Source of the DNA: Phoronis australis
Taxonomy: Eukaryota > Animalia > Phoronida
DNA: 64,000 bases
NCBI GenBank assembly: GCA_002633005.1
Contig: NMRA01000363.1
Coordinates: 184,935-248,934 of the forward strand
Direction: 5' to 3'
The notes beneath the pieces are model-generated. The model saw only the letters and a list, made by a program, of their open reading frames with translations. It searched no databases and was not told the origin of the DNA. A program made the translations under genes and the position numbers. Below, piece after piece: positions 12,362 through 24,877 of this stretch (position 1 is the stretch's first letter; each line of letters begins with the position of its first letter).

Positions 12362-13378
12362 GAATACCACGCACATAACAGGATGTAGATCTCATACTAA
12401 GCACTGGTCACCGACACATGATTGACACAGACCTAATACCCAGGGCTTGGAATGACCCATGACAAAAAACGCGGAAACTTTTACGGCCCAAAACATGCAC
12501 GCTAACCAGCCTTGAAATAGTCGATGTGAACCTTTCGCCGACAAAAATCGGTAGGACTAAAAAAAAGATTACCACCATCAGTAGCATGCGTCTGCGTCTT
12601 TTTATCTCGTCCATCCACTCCTCCACTCCCACCCCCACACATTTTTGGCTGCAGAGCCGTAGTATTTGTCACCGCGGTTTACAATCACACGAGACATCAT
12701 TGAAAATCCCACCACGCTATCCCAGATGCCCCGGCAATGTTGACAATTTACGTTCCTCCGAAACATAAAGAGCAACTTCCGCTTTTCGAGGTGAAAGTTG
12801 TTGGCAACGCCACGGTAAGAAAGGAATTTGCCGCGGAAATTTTATATCAAATCCGATTTTTTTTTACGCGGAAATATAATAAAAAGCGCGGACAGAACAT
12901 TTGAAAAAAGCGGAAATCCGCATTTCCGCGGAAAATTCCAAGCCCTGAATACCACGCAATGATGACAGACACATAACTGGTATAGATGTAATACCACACA
13001 ATGACCACAGACACATACCTGAGTACAGACCCAATACCATACAACGACCACTGACACATAACTGGTACAGACCTAGTACCAAACAATGACCACACACACA
13101 TAACTGGGTACAGACCTAATACCACACAATGACCACCAACACATAACTGGTACAGACCTAATACCACAGAATGACCACAGACACATAACTGGGTACAGAC
13201 CAGGTACCACACAATGACCACAGACACATAGCTGGGTACAGACCAAATAGCACACAACGATCACAGACACATAACTGGGTACAGGTCTAATACCACACAA
13301 TGACCACAGACAAATAACTGGTACAGACCTAATACCACACAATGACCACAGACACATCACAGGTATGGAACTAATACA
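12362..13378. repeat. ~42-43-bp minisatellite in DDX49 intron 11 (about 10 copies at 12948-13378, plus degenerate copies at 12362-12440), interrupted by a transposon
   Basis: Unit AATACCACACAATGACCACAGACACATAACTG(G)GTACAGACCT. It produces the spurious repetitive ORFs at 12842-13360. Confidence 0.9.
12441..12947. mobile_element. Non-autonomous hAT-like DNA transposon with 6-bp TSD
   Basis: Perfect 13-bp TIRs CAGGGCTTGGAAT / ATTCCAAGCCCTG with GCGGAAA subterminal repeats. AATACC is duplicated on both sides (12435-12440 and 12948-12953). Confidence 0.8.
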
Positions 13379-13394
13379 TTAACATATCTTGTAC

Positions 13395-13466
13395 CTTTCC
13401 TTCAAGAATCAATTTCTTCCTTTTGTTGATTTCCTTCTGTTCACCAAAGTCCTGTTCATCTAATCT
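13395..13466 (-). CDS. DDX49: DDX49 coding exon 11 (RLDEQDFGEQKEINKRKKLILEGK)
   Basis: TTTCAG acceptor and GTACAA donor, 72 nt, phase 0/0. Resembles the DDX49 C-terminal region. Confidence 0.92.
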
Positions 13467-14796
13467 CTGAAACAATGAGAAAGGGATTTGAGTGGCATAT
13501 AAGTCAATGACCAAGCTGTGTTGTTTTGCCGGACCTTAGTGGTAGACATGAATCATAACGATTATAGCAACTACAAGTCAGAAGTGTTCTCTCAGCAACA
13601 CTAGTCAGATCTTCAACAGGAGACAATCACCATTGTAATTGTAGCCGACACCAAATATTGATGTACTGAGTCAAGGGCCCCAGTTGCAAGAAAATGAAAA
13701 ATACTTTTAAGAAATTATGAACCTCAGAAAAAAACAAGATGTATCCTGAAAACAAGAATGCATTTGGTAACATATTCCAGAAACCTTGAAGAAAAACAAA
13801 AGAATACTAACTAAAGGGAAAATGAGTAGCTGCATACAGCTTCCAACAAAGACTACAAAATATTACGGACACTACTACTCCACAAATATGTGTTTGAGAT
13901 CTTACAGCCCATGTTTTTCAGATCCCAGTATGTAAGTAGATACAGATGCAGATCAAATTCTGGAAATAAGGAAGCATCTGACTCAGCTTGGCTACAATTG
14001 TTAATTGTTAAGACCGATAGATGGAGCTTTGGTCAAGTGGTGTGGCTGAAGTCAGCGAGATGCGAACGAAGTGTCACTAAATGTGGGCCACTATTTCCAG
14101 TATTTGATGGATTTCTGTGAAACTGGATGTATTAAAACTTTCAGGCGTAATCCAGTGAGGACGTCATAGCATTTGCTCAATAGGGGTGATTGCAAACACA
14201 AGACTATTTGCTGGGCCATTCACGTCACTTATCTATTGTTGCAAGCATGGTTACTGAGGAGTGAGCAACAGTTTTCACAGTTAAGATAACACCAATTGTT
14301 TGCTGTCCCGCCCCCCACACATTCAACTGGTGCACACTGGGCTGGTCTGAGCAGTGATTCCGCAAGCCATTATTTGACTGGGCAAACAAAGTGCCCAAGA
14401 CAGCACCACCAGGCTGGCACCAGGAAATTTTCTGAGTGAGAGACACCCTCCCATCAGCACTTGTCTAGACATTTGTGCGAGTTTAGACTGCCTCCTTTTA
14501 AGCAAGTAAAGAACGCTTCATTATGCTGAAATCAGGTGGTCAAACTTTTTGAATTCCGCATTATAACGCACTATGCGACAGTACTTCAACAACAAATTAT
14601 GCATTAATTTTCATCATGGGGATTACCACGGTAGCAATGAACCCATCACACTCCTTACGAGTAACTGTGGATAAATACGACAATATCAGACAGTGCTGCG
14701 TTATTTCAATAAGTGAAAATGGATCAATTCAGCCAAAAAGTTGCAATCGCACCAACAGAATTACACAACTACGTCACTACGTCCAGTGGAACTTAC

Positions 14797-14885
14797 AATC
14801 TCTGCCTCTCGCTTCGCCACGGCGACTTCAGTTAGGATCTTTGTCACTTCCTCTTCGCTTACTTTGTACTCGCACAACTTTGCAT
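14797..14885 (-). CDS. DDX49: DDX49 coding exon 10 (NAKLCEYKVSEEEVTKILTEVAVAKREAEI)
   Basis: TTCCAG acceptor and GTAAGT donor, 89 nt, phase consistent with neighbouring exons. Confidence 0.92.
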
Positions 14886-15311
14886 CTGGAAGACGAAATG
14901 AAAATGAGACAAATGCAAAGATGTCACAATCATATTTCACCGAGAATTTGAGAAATAAACATCTGCATTCTTCAAATCTGACAAAATCTGAATCAATCTG
15001 CCAATCAACCGTTCGCATTTTCAATGAATAACAACTGTCAGATTTGTGCTAACTCTTATCATTAACAACACCATTGGTCTATACTAGTGCAGCACATGAC
15101 AAAATGTCCCAGAATTCCCCGTTATCATGGCTGGGCAGAACCTCAATTCAGAGTAGTCTTCGATCATGACCGAGAATGACGGGGAATTTTAATTTCAAAA
15201 TAGGAAAGTTAGTAAGGTGGCTCAAATATTCTGTAATTAGAATTAAGCTGCGGTAATTTTTGCTGTTAAAAGAATTAGACACCATGGCGGGTGAAACAGT
15301 TTTATGTTTTT

Positions 15312-15845
15312 TGTGTACAATTTGTACAGTATGTGTATATATGACTTGTATAAAAAATTGTACAGTATGTGTATAGTTTACTTGTATACAATTTGTACAC
15401 TATGTGTATAGTTTACTTGTGTAGAATTTGTACACTATGTGTATAGTTTACTTGTGTAGAATTTGTACACTATGTGTATAGTTTACTTGTATACAATTTG
15501 CACAGTATGTGTATAGTTTACTTGTATACAATTTGTACACTATGTGTATAGTTTACTTGTGTACAATTTGTACACTATGTGTATAGTTTACTTGTATACA
15601 ATTTGTACAGTATGTGTATAGTTTACTTGTATACAATTTGTACACTATGTGTATAGTTTACTTGTGTAGAATTTGTACACTATGTGTATAGTTTACTTGT
15701 ATACAATTTGTACAGTATGTGTATAGTTTACTTGTATACAATTTACATACACATAGTATGTGCATAGTTTACTTGAATACAATTTGTACAGTATATATAT
15801 ATATATATATAGTTTACTTGTAAACAATTTTTACAGTATGTGCAT
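15312..15845. repeat. 35-bp AT-rich minisatellite (~15 copies) in DDX49 intron 9
   Basis: Unit ATTTGTACA(C/G)TATGTGTATAGTTTACTTGT(A/G)TA(C/G)A. Confidence 0.95.
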
Positions 15846-16345
15846 ACACAGCTCTTGCATAAATACTATTACGGTTTTATCTCAACAGTTTCGGACACAA
15901 AATGGTGGAGAAGTGAAATTTTATCACCAGCAGGAAAGATATGTAGCACCATATTTTAATGCTTTTCCATGTCGAAGCTGTGTACCACAGACACCACCAG
16001 ACAATGCCTTGAAAAATAGTGGGCACTCGCAACAATCACAGATGCCATTGAAAAAAGGGCAAGTTTGGGCATCTTCCAAAGTGATCTTTCACAAGATGCA
16101 AAAATAGTCCATTTCCCCATCATGATGCGTAATGACTTGTCATTCTAGCTATTCTGATCACCGATTCCTCAGTACTCACCCATAATGGTGATGTGAGGCT
16201 ATGACTGGTGGTGCGAGGCTACGACTGGTAGTGTGAGGCAATGACTGCATGGCTACAAGTTGCCATCTTGTTAAATTCATTTAATTCCATGACATAAGCC
16301 AAAACTTGTTTTTACAGAGACGTATATTAATCGAGTCTCACTTAC

Positions 16346-16420
16346 TGATGCGTTCTTCCACAGCGTGGACCAACTTTATGTCAAACTGTGTCACTAGAGT
16401 GATGGCCATTCCTCCACGAC
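16346..16420 (-). CDS. DDX49: DDX49 coding exon 9 (GRGGMAITLVTQFDIKLVHAVEERI)
   Basis: TTTCAG acceptor and GTAAGT donor, 75 nt, phase 1/1. Confidence 0.95.
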
Positions 16421-17027
16421 CTGAAACACAAGAATCCAAAAGGCATTTGATAAAATGTTCCACAACTAGATATTCAAATTCACAGACAAGACCATCTGAG
16501 CAGACTGATTTTGGAACCAAACAGCACTTTTTATGATTAGATTTATATTCTGTTAATTGATACACTCCTACACATGAGGACTAACATATGATGAACCCTG
16601 TGTCAAAAATGACGTAACCGCAATGAATCTTTGACAGAAACAAAAATCATGTGGTGATCAATGCCGACACAAATTGGTGGAAACCACGAAATCAATATCT
16701 TTCCCTGTGTAAGGTGTGACACGTCCCCTGTTCACTACCTTGTTGGAACCAAAAAATTGCTTCAAAGTGCCCCCTTGTGGGTACCACACATATAGTTGCG
16801 AGGTGCACCCTTGTGTGTACCAAACAAATAGCTGCAAGGTGAAACTTTAGAATTCAACAGTCAATCAATTCCATTCTTTAAGTAAGTGGAAACTCAATAC
16901 TAGGAAACAGTTTATGTAACAACATTATTGAACAAATTGAAACCAGAAAATTAGCGTCTCTAAAACTGCACCAAATTTCTGAATATCAGATATTCGACAT
17001 TTGCTTTTTAAAATCTATGGCTCATAC

Positions 17028-17125
17028 CTGCTCGGGCTGTACGACCCACTCTGTGTATGTAATCCTTGGGTCTGTTGGGCACATTGTGATTGACGATAAG
17101 GTCAACAGTCGGGATATCAAGTCCT
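17028..17125 (-). CDS. DDX49: DDX49 coding exon 8 ([32 protein letters not shown]; motifs Va and VI)
   Basis: Contains DEAD-box motif [15 protein letters not shown] acceptor and GTATGA donor, 98 nt. Confidence 0.97.
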
Positions 17126-18165
17126 CTGTAATAAGAACCAAAAATGATAGGTCAGAAAATTACGGTAGAAATTATTCAATTCAGGACACAAAAAGATTTT
17201 TCTTTTGTCCAATTTCTCAAAAAACAACTACTTGAAAAATTCTACATTATTTTTAGCCTGGATTTTACTGTACAACAAACAACACAAACATCTACCACAA
17301 TACAGTAAGTCTTGTTTGAAAACTCAAAGAATGGCAATTTTAGCCATTTACCCAAACTGAAGCATTTTCAAAGACTGAAAGTACTTGTTGTTTGTTGACA
17401 AGACCTGCGACCTGTGTACACATGTTTCAATACAAAAACCATCCATACTTATCTACTTCTTTTCTTATGAGTCACTACCTGGTACTTTTAATTGCTCAAT
17501 CGAAAGTCTAATTACATTCCACCATATTATACAATGTGCTTGCTGTTCCATATCGACCAATCACATCATAGAATTTGAAAACGTTGCAGCTGAAAAGCCT
17601 CGCTCCATTTTAGTGAAGTAACAACTAATGTAACGTTGACTCTACTTTTCAAAACCCTGCGGTCCAGTGGACCCACCTCCTAATATTTTTGGGGTCCACC
17701 TCAAATTTCTGGGCACAGAAAGACGCCAAGCGTAACATAACAGAAGGATGCGAATCTTGTTGTAGTTTTATCAAGTCGGAAAATGTGGGAAGATAACCAA
17801 GAAAAGATTAGATAATTTTTATTTCATGAGTTTTTATTTCTTTCAAACACTGCACCCAAGGTGAGGCACCCATAGTCAATACGTGTTCTTTTTTAGAATC
17901 TGATGAACCTTGAATGATCATTTATAATAATTAATTGTATTTCTAACATTAAAATGACTATGTAGCCCACTTAATGCCATACCAGATAATAGAATACACC
18001 AGTTCTTGTCACGCAATGTCAAAAACGAATAATCTCTGATTAAACCCATGTAAAATAACCCACACGATATAATGATAGTGTCATCAAAAAATGAAAAAAA
18101 ATAGTCGCACCTGCTCATTAGTAAGACTTGCGTACCTCCACTTTTTTGCCTAAAAAAACTAACCT

Positions 18166-18269
18166 AAATCATCTTATATTCATTTGCCTTATTGGATCTC
18201 GGTGGCGAGAGTACAAATCATCTTATATTCATTTGCCTTATTGGATCTCGGTGGCGAGAGTACAAATCA
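18166..18269. repeat. Perfect 49-bp tandem duplication in DDX49 intron 7
   Basis: AAATCATCTTATATTCATTTGCCTTATTGGATCTCGGTGGCGAGAGTAC occurs twice in tandem. Confidence 0.9.
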
Positions 18270-18489
18270 ATCCTTTCCTGTTTATCTTACCTTACTCTGA
18301 GACTCTCCACTTTAAATATTTAGTTTATCTTAGAGTGGTTACTACCACCGCCAAGTCAAAACTCACTAATGGAATATCCCATTTATCATAACTTATGTGA
18401 AAACCGAGGACATGACAGTATGCGGGCTCCACTGGATTAATACTATTATGCTACTGTTATTGTTATGATTATCATAACTGTTGTCACAC

Positions 18490-18642
18490 CTGCTGGCCAC
18501 GTCAGTGCAGATGACAATTCGGACTAAGTTGGACTTGAACTTGGCAAGGGCAGCTAGCCTCTCTCTTTGCTTGATCATGGAGTGTAAGGCAACGCAGGGG
18601 AGACCAACCTCACGGCACACCATGGCTAAAACTTGACAGTAC
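18490..18642 (-). CDS. DDX49: DDX49 coding exon 7 (YCQVLAMVCREVGLPCVALHSMIKQRERLAALAKFKSNLVRIVICTDVASR)
   Basis: Contains QxxR and motif V TDVASR. CAACAG acceptor and GTGTGA donor, 153 nt. Confidence 0.96.
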
Positions 18643-19375
18643 CTGTTGCACGCAATGAAATAAATAATGTCAGTAAAAATATAAAAAATGATTTGACCAA
18701 ACCTTTTTATCTCTGACCGACCAACATGGGGAAGCACCCAGTACTTGGAAAGGGTGATACAAACAACTATGACAAGATCAGTTACAGTGCAACTTTCTCC
18801 CTCTTGTTGAACAACATGGAGATGCACCCAGTACTTGAAAAGGGTGATACAAACGGGTGTAACAAGACTAGTTACAGTACAAGACAAAGGTAACCAGACA
18901 AAATACCATTTCACTGTCATGGCGACTATTTCTGTTAACAGCAAAAATTATAGGTAATAACTATTTGGGTGGCAACATTCTATTTACAGAATGGCTTAAC
19001 CACCTTACACTAATTTTCCTGTTAAATTCCCTTCATTCTTGGGGAGAGACTACTCTGACAGCAAATTCGGCTTCTGCCCAGCTGTTACGACTGGGAATTC
19101 TGGGTCCTTCTTTCTGAATACTTTTGGGTTGTAATGTATAAATGAAATCTCTACTTTGGAGCATTAGTTTTGCTCGGTTCATTTGTGCAAACTTCTGTAT
19201 TTTTCTCTGTATTAGAAAATCCAGACGATGATGCAAAATAGACGCGACAGCTTACAATGTGCATTTCAGGCAGTGAGTAAACAGAAATGCCAATTAAACA
19301 CCAGCTTTATACCTTAGAGCAAGAAGTACGGAAAAATCTGTCAACGCAAACTTTCGAAACAGAGGAGAGACATAC

Positions 19376-19516
19376 TTGCAAGTTTGTGTGAAGATCATGA
19401 CAGAGCTCTGTGGGTGCTTCTCCGTGTACTCGACCAGGAGACGCACCAGGTAGGCATCCTTCACATCGGCAGGCATCAGTATGTACCGCTGGTCAAGTTG
19501 CTCTACTGTAGCCGTC
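19376..19516 (-). CDS. DDX49: DDX49 coding exon 6 (TATVEQLDQRYILMPADVKDAYLVRLLVEYTEKHPQSSVMIFTQTCK)
   Basis: Contains motif IV (MIFT). TTTCAG acceptor and GTATGT donor, 141 nt. Confidence 0.96.
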
Positions 19517-20655
19517 CTGAAACACCACAGCTCAGATGACTCATTTCAATAATCTGGAAAACATACTTTAAGGTTATCCAGCACGACCTCTAAGTCAAAT
19601 ATTGAAAAAAAACCCAATGCTTTGCCAACCATTAAAAATATATAATTCTGAAAGGAGAAAGATCAAGGATTCTAAAAATATGCTTCTTACTACTGTGTCA
19701 TTATTGTTGTCACGTGATCACAGTTTTTAAGTCAATTTGTCATGTGCAAGGTGCTTTAACAGCAAAATAACCACCCAGCCGATTTTCCTAAAACTTTACG
19801 ACTCAAAAATGTTGTTAGGATTTTGCTTTAAAATGCCTAGTTTTCACGTACCAAGAAATATGGGAATCAACAAGAGCATTTTCACGTGACGACATCAAAA
19901 GGAAATCGGGACAAAGTCAAAAGTCAAATTGCATAGGCTTTCTATTCTGAAAATATGAACTTTCATCAGTTAAATTCTACACGTTTGTACTTTTGACAGA
20001 ATGCAGGTCCTCCAAAACCTTACTACTGCTTTTGGATCTCACACGAAGCACTAACAGTGGAATAGCAAATAAGAGAACCAGTTTTCGGTGAAATCACCAA
20101 AACAGGGCGTGGATTCTTCTACGTTTATTTATCAACGTTTTTTGACCGCTTCGCATGTTTTAAGCAAAAGTCTAGACAAGTGAAATGCTGAACTATTTTT
20201 TTAAACAACCTTCTGTCTCTTCTACGCATCGCAATATACATCCAAATTTCAACAAAAACAGATTGTGAAATACAACCCATCTTCAACGGTAACACCTGTA
20301 AATCTGTTTCCTTCACTACGTTAAGCGCATCACCTGTTAGGTGTATTGGCTTGCACAAGAATCACCTTCAAATTCAAACAGCTGCAAACAACACCACACA
20401 ATGGTGTTCTGTTCAAACCCCTACGCAGTACAACTGGTATCGACCTTTTGTTGTTTGTGCTGGGATCTCCCAGTAACTCAATATGGCACGGAAAAGCAAC
20501 TTCACCTATCATTTGACGGGCCTACCTTTGAGTAATTTAACTTGCGTTTTCTTATTTTGCCAAGGATTTGCTAGGAGTATCTTGTTAGCCCAATACATCT
20601 AAAATAACAAAACTCCATTCAAGGTAGGCTTTAAAACAACATGGGAATAACGTAC

Positions 20656-20834
20656 TTTGATTTGGCCTCATAGAAGAAGGGTTTATTCAAGGCGACCTCC
20701 TGAAGCTCCTGCAAAGTCTCTGTCATGGTTGCACTGAACAACAGTGTCTGACGCTTCTTGGGAAGAGCGGCAAAGATTGTCTGCAGTTGGTCCCCAAAGT
20801 TATCTTCTAACAAACGATCAGCTTCATCAAGCAC
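20656..20834 (-). CDS. DDX49: DDX49 coding exon 5 (VLDEADRLL...QTLLFSAT...KPFFYEAKSK)
   Basis: Contains motif II DEAD and motif III SAT. CATTAG acceptor and GTACGT donor, 179 nt. Confidence 0.97.
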
Positions 20835-21390
20835 CTAATGAATACAAAAACATAAGGCCATGGACTTGTATTGTTGAAGTTAATGTGAGAAACCGCTTTC
20901 ATGGTTCCCTACATTTGCTAATAACCTATTCCAAACAATTTGGATGAATCCCAGTGGCAAAAATTGCCTTTCCTTCAGGACAAAAAGTCGTCAAGACCAT
21001 TTCTAGCTGTGTACCTGAGGCTAGTCACATGAATTGTTATGTATTTCTACAGTCATATTGTTATATTCTACCTTGTTACCGTCAACTTTATTTCCCCCGT
21101 CGATTTCACAAGACCTGATGCTTTTATGAGACCCAGTGCTTTTTTTACAATTGGTTAAAAGACTGTAAAATTTTGTCACCGCTATTTTAGTCAGACATAT
21201 CAGTGGATCTCATTTAACTTAATTCAAACCACCTTTAAGAGTAAGCAGGTTGAGAGGTAATGGAACATTTCACTACCTACTAGCTCTTACCGTCATACAT
21301 GGAAAGCTAACTCTCAAGAACACATTACCTGGGCAGAAAACTATCTTGACTAACAAGGTTTCAGAGGTTTGTTTTTGGCATTTAAATTCA

Positions 21391-21627
21391 AAGTGTCGGC
21401 AGGCATGTACCAAAAATTGCTGAGAGACCCCTATTGTGGTTTCCAGGTCTGCTAAAACCCACCCCCTTTTGTGAGGTAGATATGTGGCGTTTTTGGGACA
21501 TAAGGGAAATTTAGGGGCCTATTGGACCCCGCGCAGGTCTCGCAAATCTTGCTGAAAAAGTATCGCCTACCCACAATTTTTAGTGCGTGTCTGCGGGCAC
21601 CTTGTCAAAATGAGTGACCCCCCTGGG
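21391..21627. mobile_element. MITE with GGGGTCACTCA-type TIR, left end lost; same family as 59814-60082
   Basis: Shares GCAGGCATGTACCAAAAATTGCTGAGAGACCCC...GAAAAAGTA...GCACCTT...ATGAGTGACCCCC with the 59.8-kb copy. Confidence 0.7.
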
Positions 21628-21682
21628 ATGTCTATCACCATTTTTTGTTTTTCTACTAAATCTACAATGTCATGCAACAGAC

Positions 21683-21804
21683 CAGAAACTTGATCTTTTT
21701 CAACTTGAACTCCTTATGGCTGTCCAGATGGTCGGCCAGGCGACCAGGGGTTGCTATGACAACGTGCGGTTTCTTCTCCAACTCAAGACCTTGCTTCATC
21801 ATAT
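21683..21804 (-). CDS. DDX49: DDX49 coding exon 4 (DMMKQGLELEKKPHVVIATPGRLADHLDSHKEFKLKKIKFL)
   Basis: Contains the TPGRL motif. GTGCAG acceptor and GTCTGT donor, 122 nt. Confidence 0.95.
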
Positions 21805-22375
21805 CTGCACAAGAAAAACAATTAAAATCAAACACTGGTGACCATTGCTTTGAACGGTGAGCGGAAAAATATTTTAAAGGGTCATTTCCTTCTTGTCACT
21901 AAAAACTTAAGACGAAATTTCTCACTTTAAGTGGAGTTTGCACGCCAATTCCTTATCTCTGTGATTGCTTGGACAAATTAGTAAGAAACGCGACATATAG
22001 CGACGATGTGAATATGAAAACTACCAAATGTTTTTAAAAACGACATTTGTGTCGCAAATGATCCGCCGGAAATCACTCACCCATGACCTGGTGCGGGGAA
22101 TAACACTGCATGATGCGGAGTCACGTGAGTCCCCACGTGCAATGGTCACCTATTTGCAGAATTTTTTGTTTTCACATTTACAAGTTGTCAATGAATAATA
22201 CTGCACTTTGTTTAGTGCAGATGATGTTCAAATAGCATTGTGGCTTAGTTCCTGTTATACATTAGCATAGTGAGGAGCATGCAAATACATCTTTAAGGGT
22301 CAACCCATTTATGGACAGCGTCCCATGATACAGGTACCTAGTGTTTAGACAGAAGAGAAGATCTGCTCAACTTAC

Positions 22376-22461
22376 CCTGTCCACCGGTTATAACAACTTC
22401 TTTTAAACCAATCGGTTTTCCCAACACACGAAACTGTTCAGCAATTTGAAATGCTAACTCT
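22376..22461 (-). CDS. DDX49: DDX49 coding exon 3 (ELAFQIAEQFRVLGKPIGLKEVVITGGQ)
   Basis: Contains the end of motif Ia and the GG doublet. TTTCAG acceptor and GTAAGT donor, 86 nt. Confidence 0.96.
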
Positions 22462-22966
22462 CTGAAAACAAAAACAGAGACACCATCAGAAGTGAAGTCA
22501 CCATCACAAGACTAATAACCAGGGGAAACAACTACAATAACTTCAATATTATGTCAAATGAAACCTTACAAATGTTTAGCAGCGTTGGCCCAGCATGCCT
22601 TTTAATGAGACACCACCATGGGCAGCGCTATGAGTGGAGACATTAATTTTCGCATTACTCGATGGATAACAGTATTCAAAGATTTGAGCCTAAACGTACT
22701 TCAGTAAAGGGTTTACGGCAACATTTCTTATTACTGTGCACATCACAGAAGCACTCATTTCGTTTTTTTGAACCAGTTATTAGTGAGCATATAATACTGC
22801 AAACATTCCATTGCAAGTTATTATTTCAACAATGCAGCACGATGTCCTTTGGAAGATACGGGGAGAGGTTTTAGGTCGCAGACACCATCCAAGAACAGGT
22901 ATTTGGACATAGAAAACAGCACTTTCGATCACAGCTGGTCATAAAGCGTAGCTTTGAAGGTCTTAC

Positions 22967-23090
22967 CTCGTAGGTGTGATGACTAAAGCAAATATACCGT
23001 ACGGATCTTCACACAGTTTCTGCAGGATGGGCAGAGCAAAGGCGGCTGTCTTACCACTTCCTGTTTTGGCACAGCCAATACAGTCACGAC
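22967..23090 (-). CDS. DDX49: DDX49 coding exon 2 ([42 protein letters not shown])
   Basis: Contains Walker A AKTGSGKT and the DDX49/Dbp8-typical [15 protein letters not shown] acceptor and GTAAGA donor, 124 nt. Confidence 0.97.
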
Positions 23091-23426
23091 CTGGGATGAA
23101 ACAAGCCAAGTGATAGATGAGGATAAAATGTATTCAGTGCAACAGGATCCAGATAAAATGAAAATACTGAAAAAAAAAACGAATTGAAAAATAAAATTAA
23201 ACAATAAACATTAGCAACAAAGCTTGAACAACAAAGTGAGGGATCATACAAGCAAACAGTACACTGGTACGGTAGTCTCACCAATTTAGGACAAAAATAA
23301 TTGCCAAAATTGATATTTTTTTCACTAATCAAATGCTTCAAACATTCTTGTGGATCCACACAATTTCTTACAATTGTTGTCAGGCAGTAGCTATGGTATA
23401 GATCTTTAAATGGGAAATAGCATTTA

Positions 23427-24877
23427 CCGTTAACTCGTGGGTTAACGCCTTGGGCGCTTAAATTGGGAAACCCTGAGACAAGGGGGACGGCGATTACCCA
23501 AGTAGTGGGCGCTTAAACTAAAAATTGGCAAAAGTCGGGAGTGGGCGATTACTCAAGCAGTGGGTGTTTACGTCTAAGTTTTAAGCCGAATTGGGCAAGC
23601 TCGCACGGTGTTCATTCGAGCACGGAACTAATAAGTTTGGTCAAGAAGCAGGACCCGACAACCACAAAGTTTCTCATGGCTCAAACAGAAACAGGATTTC
23701 GACTCTGAAAGGGTGAATTCGCGAGAATGTGGCTAAAAACTGATGTTTTCAAATATATTAGCGAGCTGCAAAATGTCCACGGAGCTTTATGAAACTCGAC
23801 TGGCAGTCCACTTAACGTATCAGCAAGTACTGTTTCAGATCAATGAATGCGACTACACGTCGTTTCCAGCGCCACTGTATCATTAGTGTCGTTCGTACGA
23901 CTGTGTTTAGTTGGAACCCTTCCGGTCCCGTCTTGTTCTTGTTAATGTAGTATGCGTATTAAACCCGATCAACTTTCGATTCACTCTTTATTTTATCTGG
24001 TGTAAAAACACGGACGATTCGTTCCTGGCCGACACAAACCACTTGCAATTACAACGAGAGGGGTGTGTGAATATTGCTCAATTTAAATCTGAGGAAATAA
24101 ATCTATCAACATCCCGCGCTCTATGCGTGCAATTATAACGAGAGGGGGGTTTGAATAATTGGTCAATTCAAGTATGGGTTGACCCAGGAAATAAAGCTAT
24201 CAAAATCAAGAGTTCTATGAGTTCCATTACATCAAGAGAGGAGTTGATTGGTCAATTCAAATCTGGGTCAACCCTAGAGAAAAATCTAGCAAAATCAACT
24301 GCTCCGTCTGAAAATACATGTCGATGTTTCAAAGTTTTACCTCTTCTAGCTAAACACTCAAAAAACTTGATCTAATGAACACCAAAACGAATCGGAAAGG
24401 GTGGCTGATACGAAAAAATTTAGACTAGGTAATTCGAAAACTTGTCACCTAGACAAACCTACGTCGGTGACGACCACGACGTCGTAGACCTAATCTCATA
24501 GTAGACTAGCGTCACTTCTATATCAATCTACCGAGTAAGCCTATAATTTAACAAAAGATCAGTTGATACGTAAAAAAAAGTGTATGCTGCGCTTGAACTT
24601 AACACAAACGCCGAGTGAAAAACGTACTTTTAGAGACAATTGTACGCAGGTGTAAGCACGCCGTGTTTCAGCAAACACAGAAGTCTGAGCCCGAGGCGAA
24701 GCTGTGAACAAAAGCATGGGTTCAGGCACAAGTTCTGTAAGTAGGGCACTTACGTGGAAATTAGCACAAAGTAGGGGATTGGCGATTACACAAGCAAACG
24801 GCGCTTAAACCGAAAATTGACCAAAAGTCAGGGATGGGCGATTACCTGGGCATGGGCGTTAACCCGCAAGTTTACGG
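23427..24877. mobile_element. Non-autonomous Tc1/mariner-superfamily element in DDX49 intron 1
   Basis: TIRs CCGTTAACTCGTGGGTTAACGCC / GGCGTTAACCCGCAAGTTTACGG with TA on both flanks. Subterminal GGGCG(A/C)TTA repeats and three internal ~90-bp repeats at ~24045-24310. Confidence 0.8.

Noticed and set aside
12842-13360. Overlapping Cys/Val-rich ORFs on the minus strand
   Set aside because: They are translations of a 42-43-bp intronic minisatellite in several frames.
16120-16170. Box C/D snoRNA-like ATGATG...CTGA in DDX49 intron 9
   Set aside because: It lies on the strand antisense to the host gene, box C is imperfect and the spacing is too short.
19569-22296. Possible TTAA-flanked Kolobok-like elements in DDX49 introns (TTAAGG/TTAAAGGG starts at ~19569 and ~21874)
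   Set aside because: The putative terminal inverted repeats match too poorly to call.
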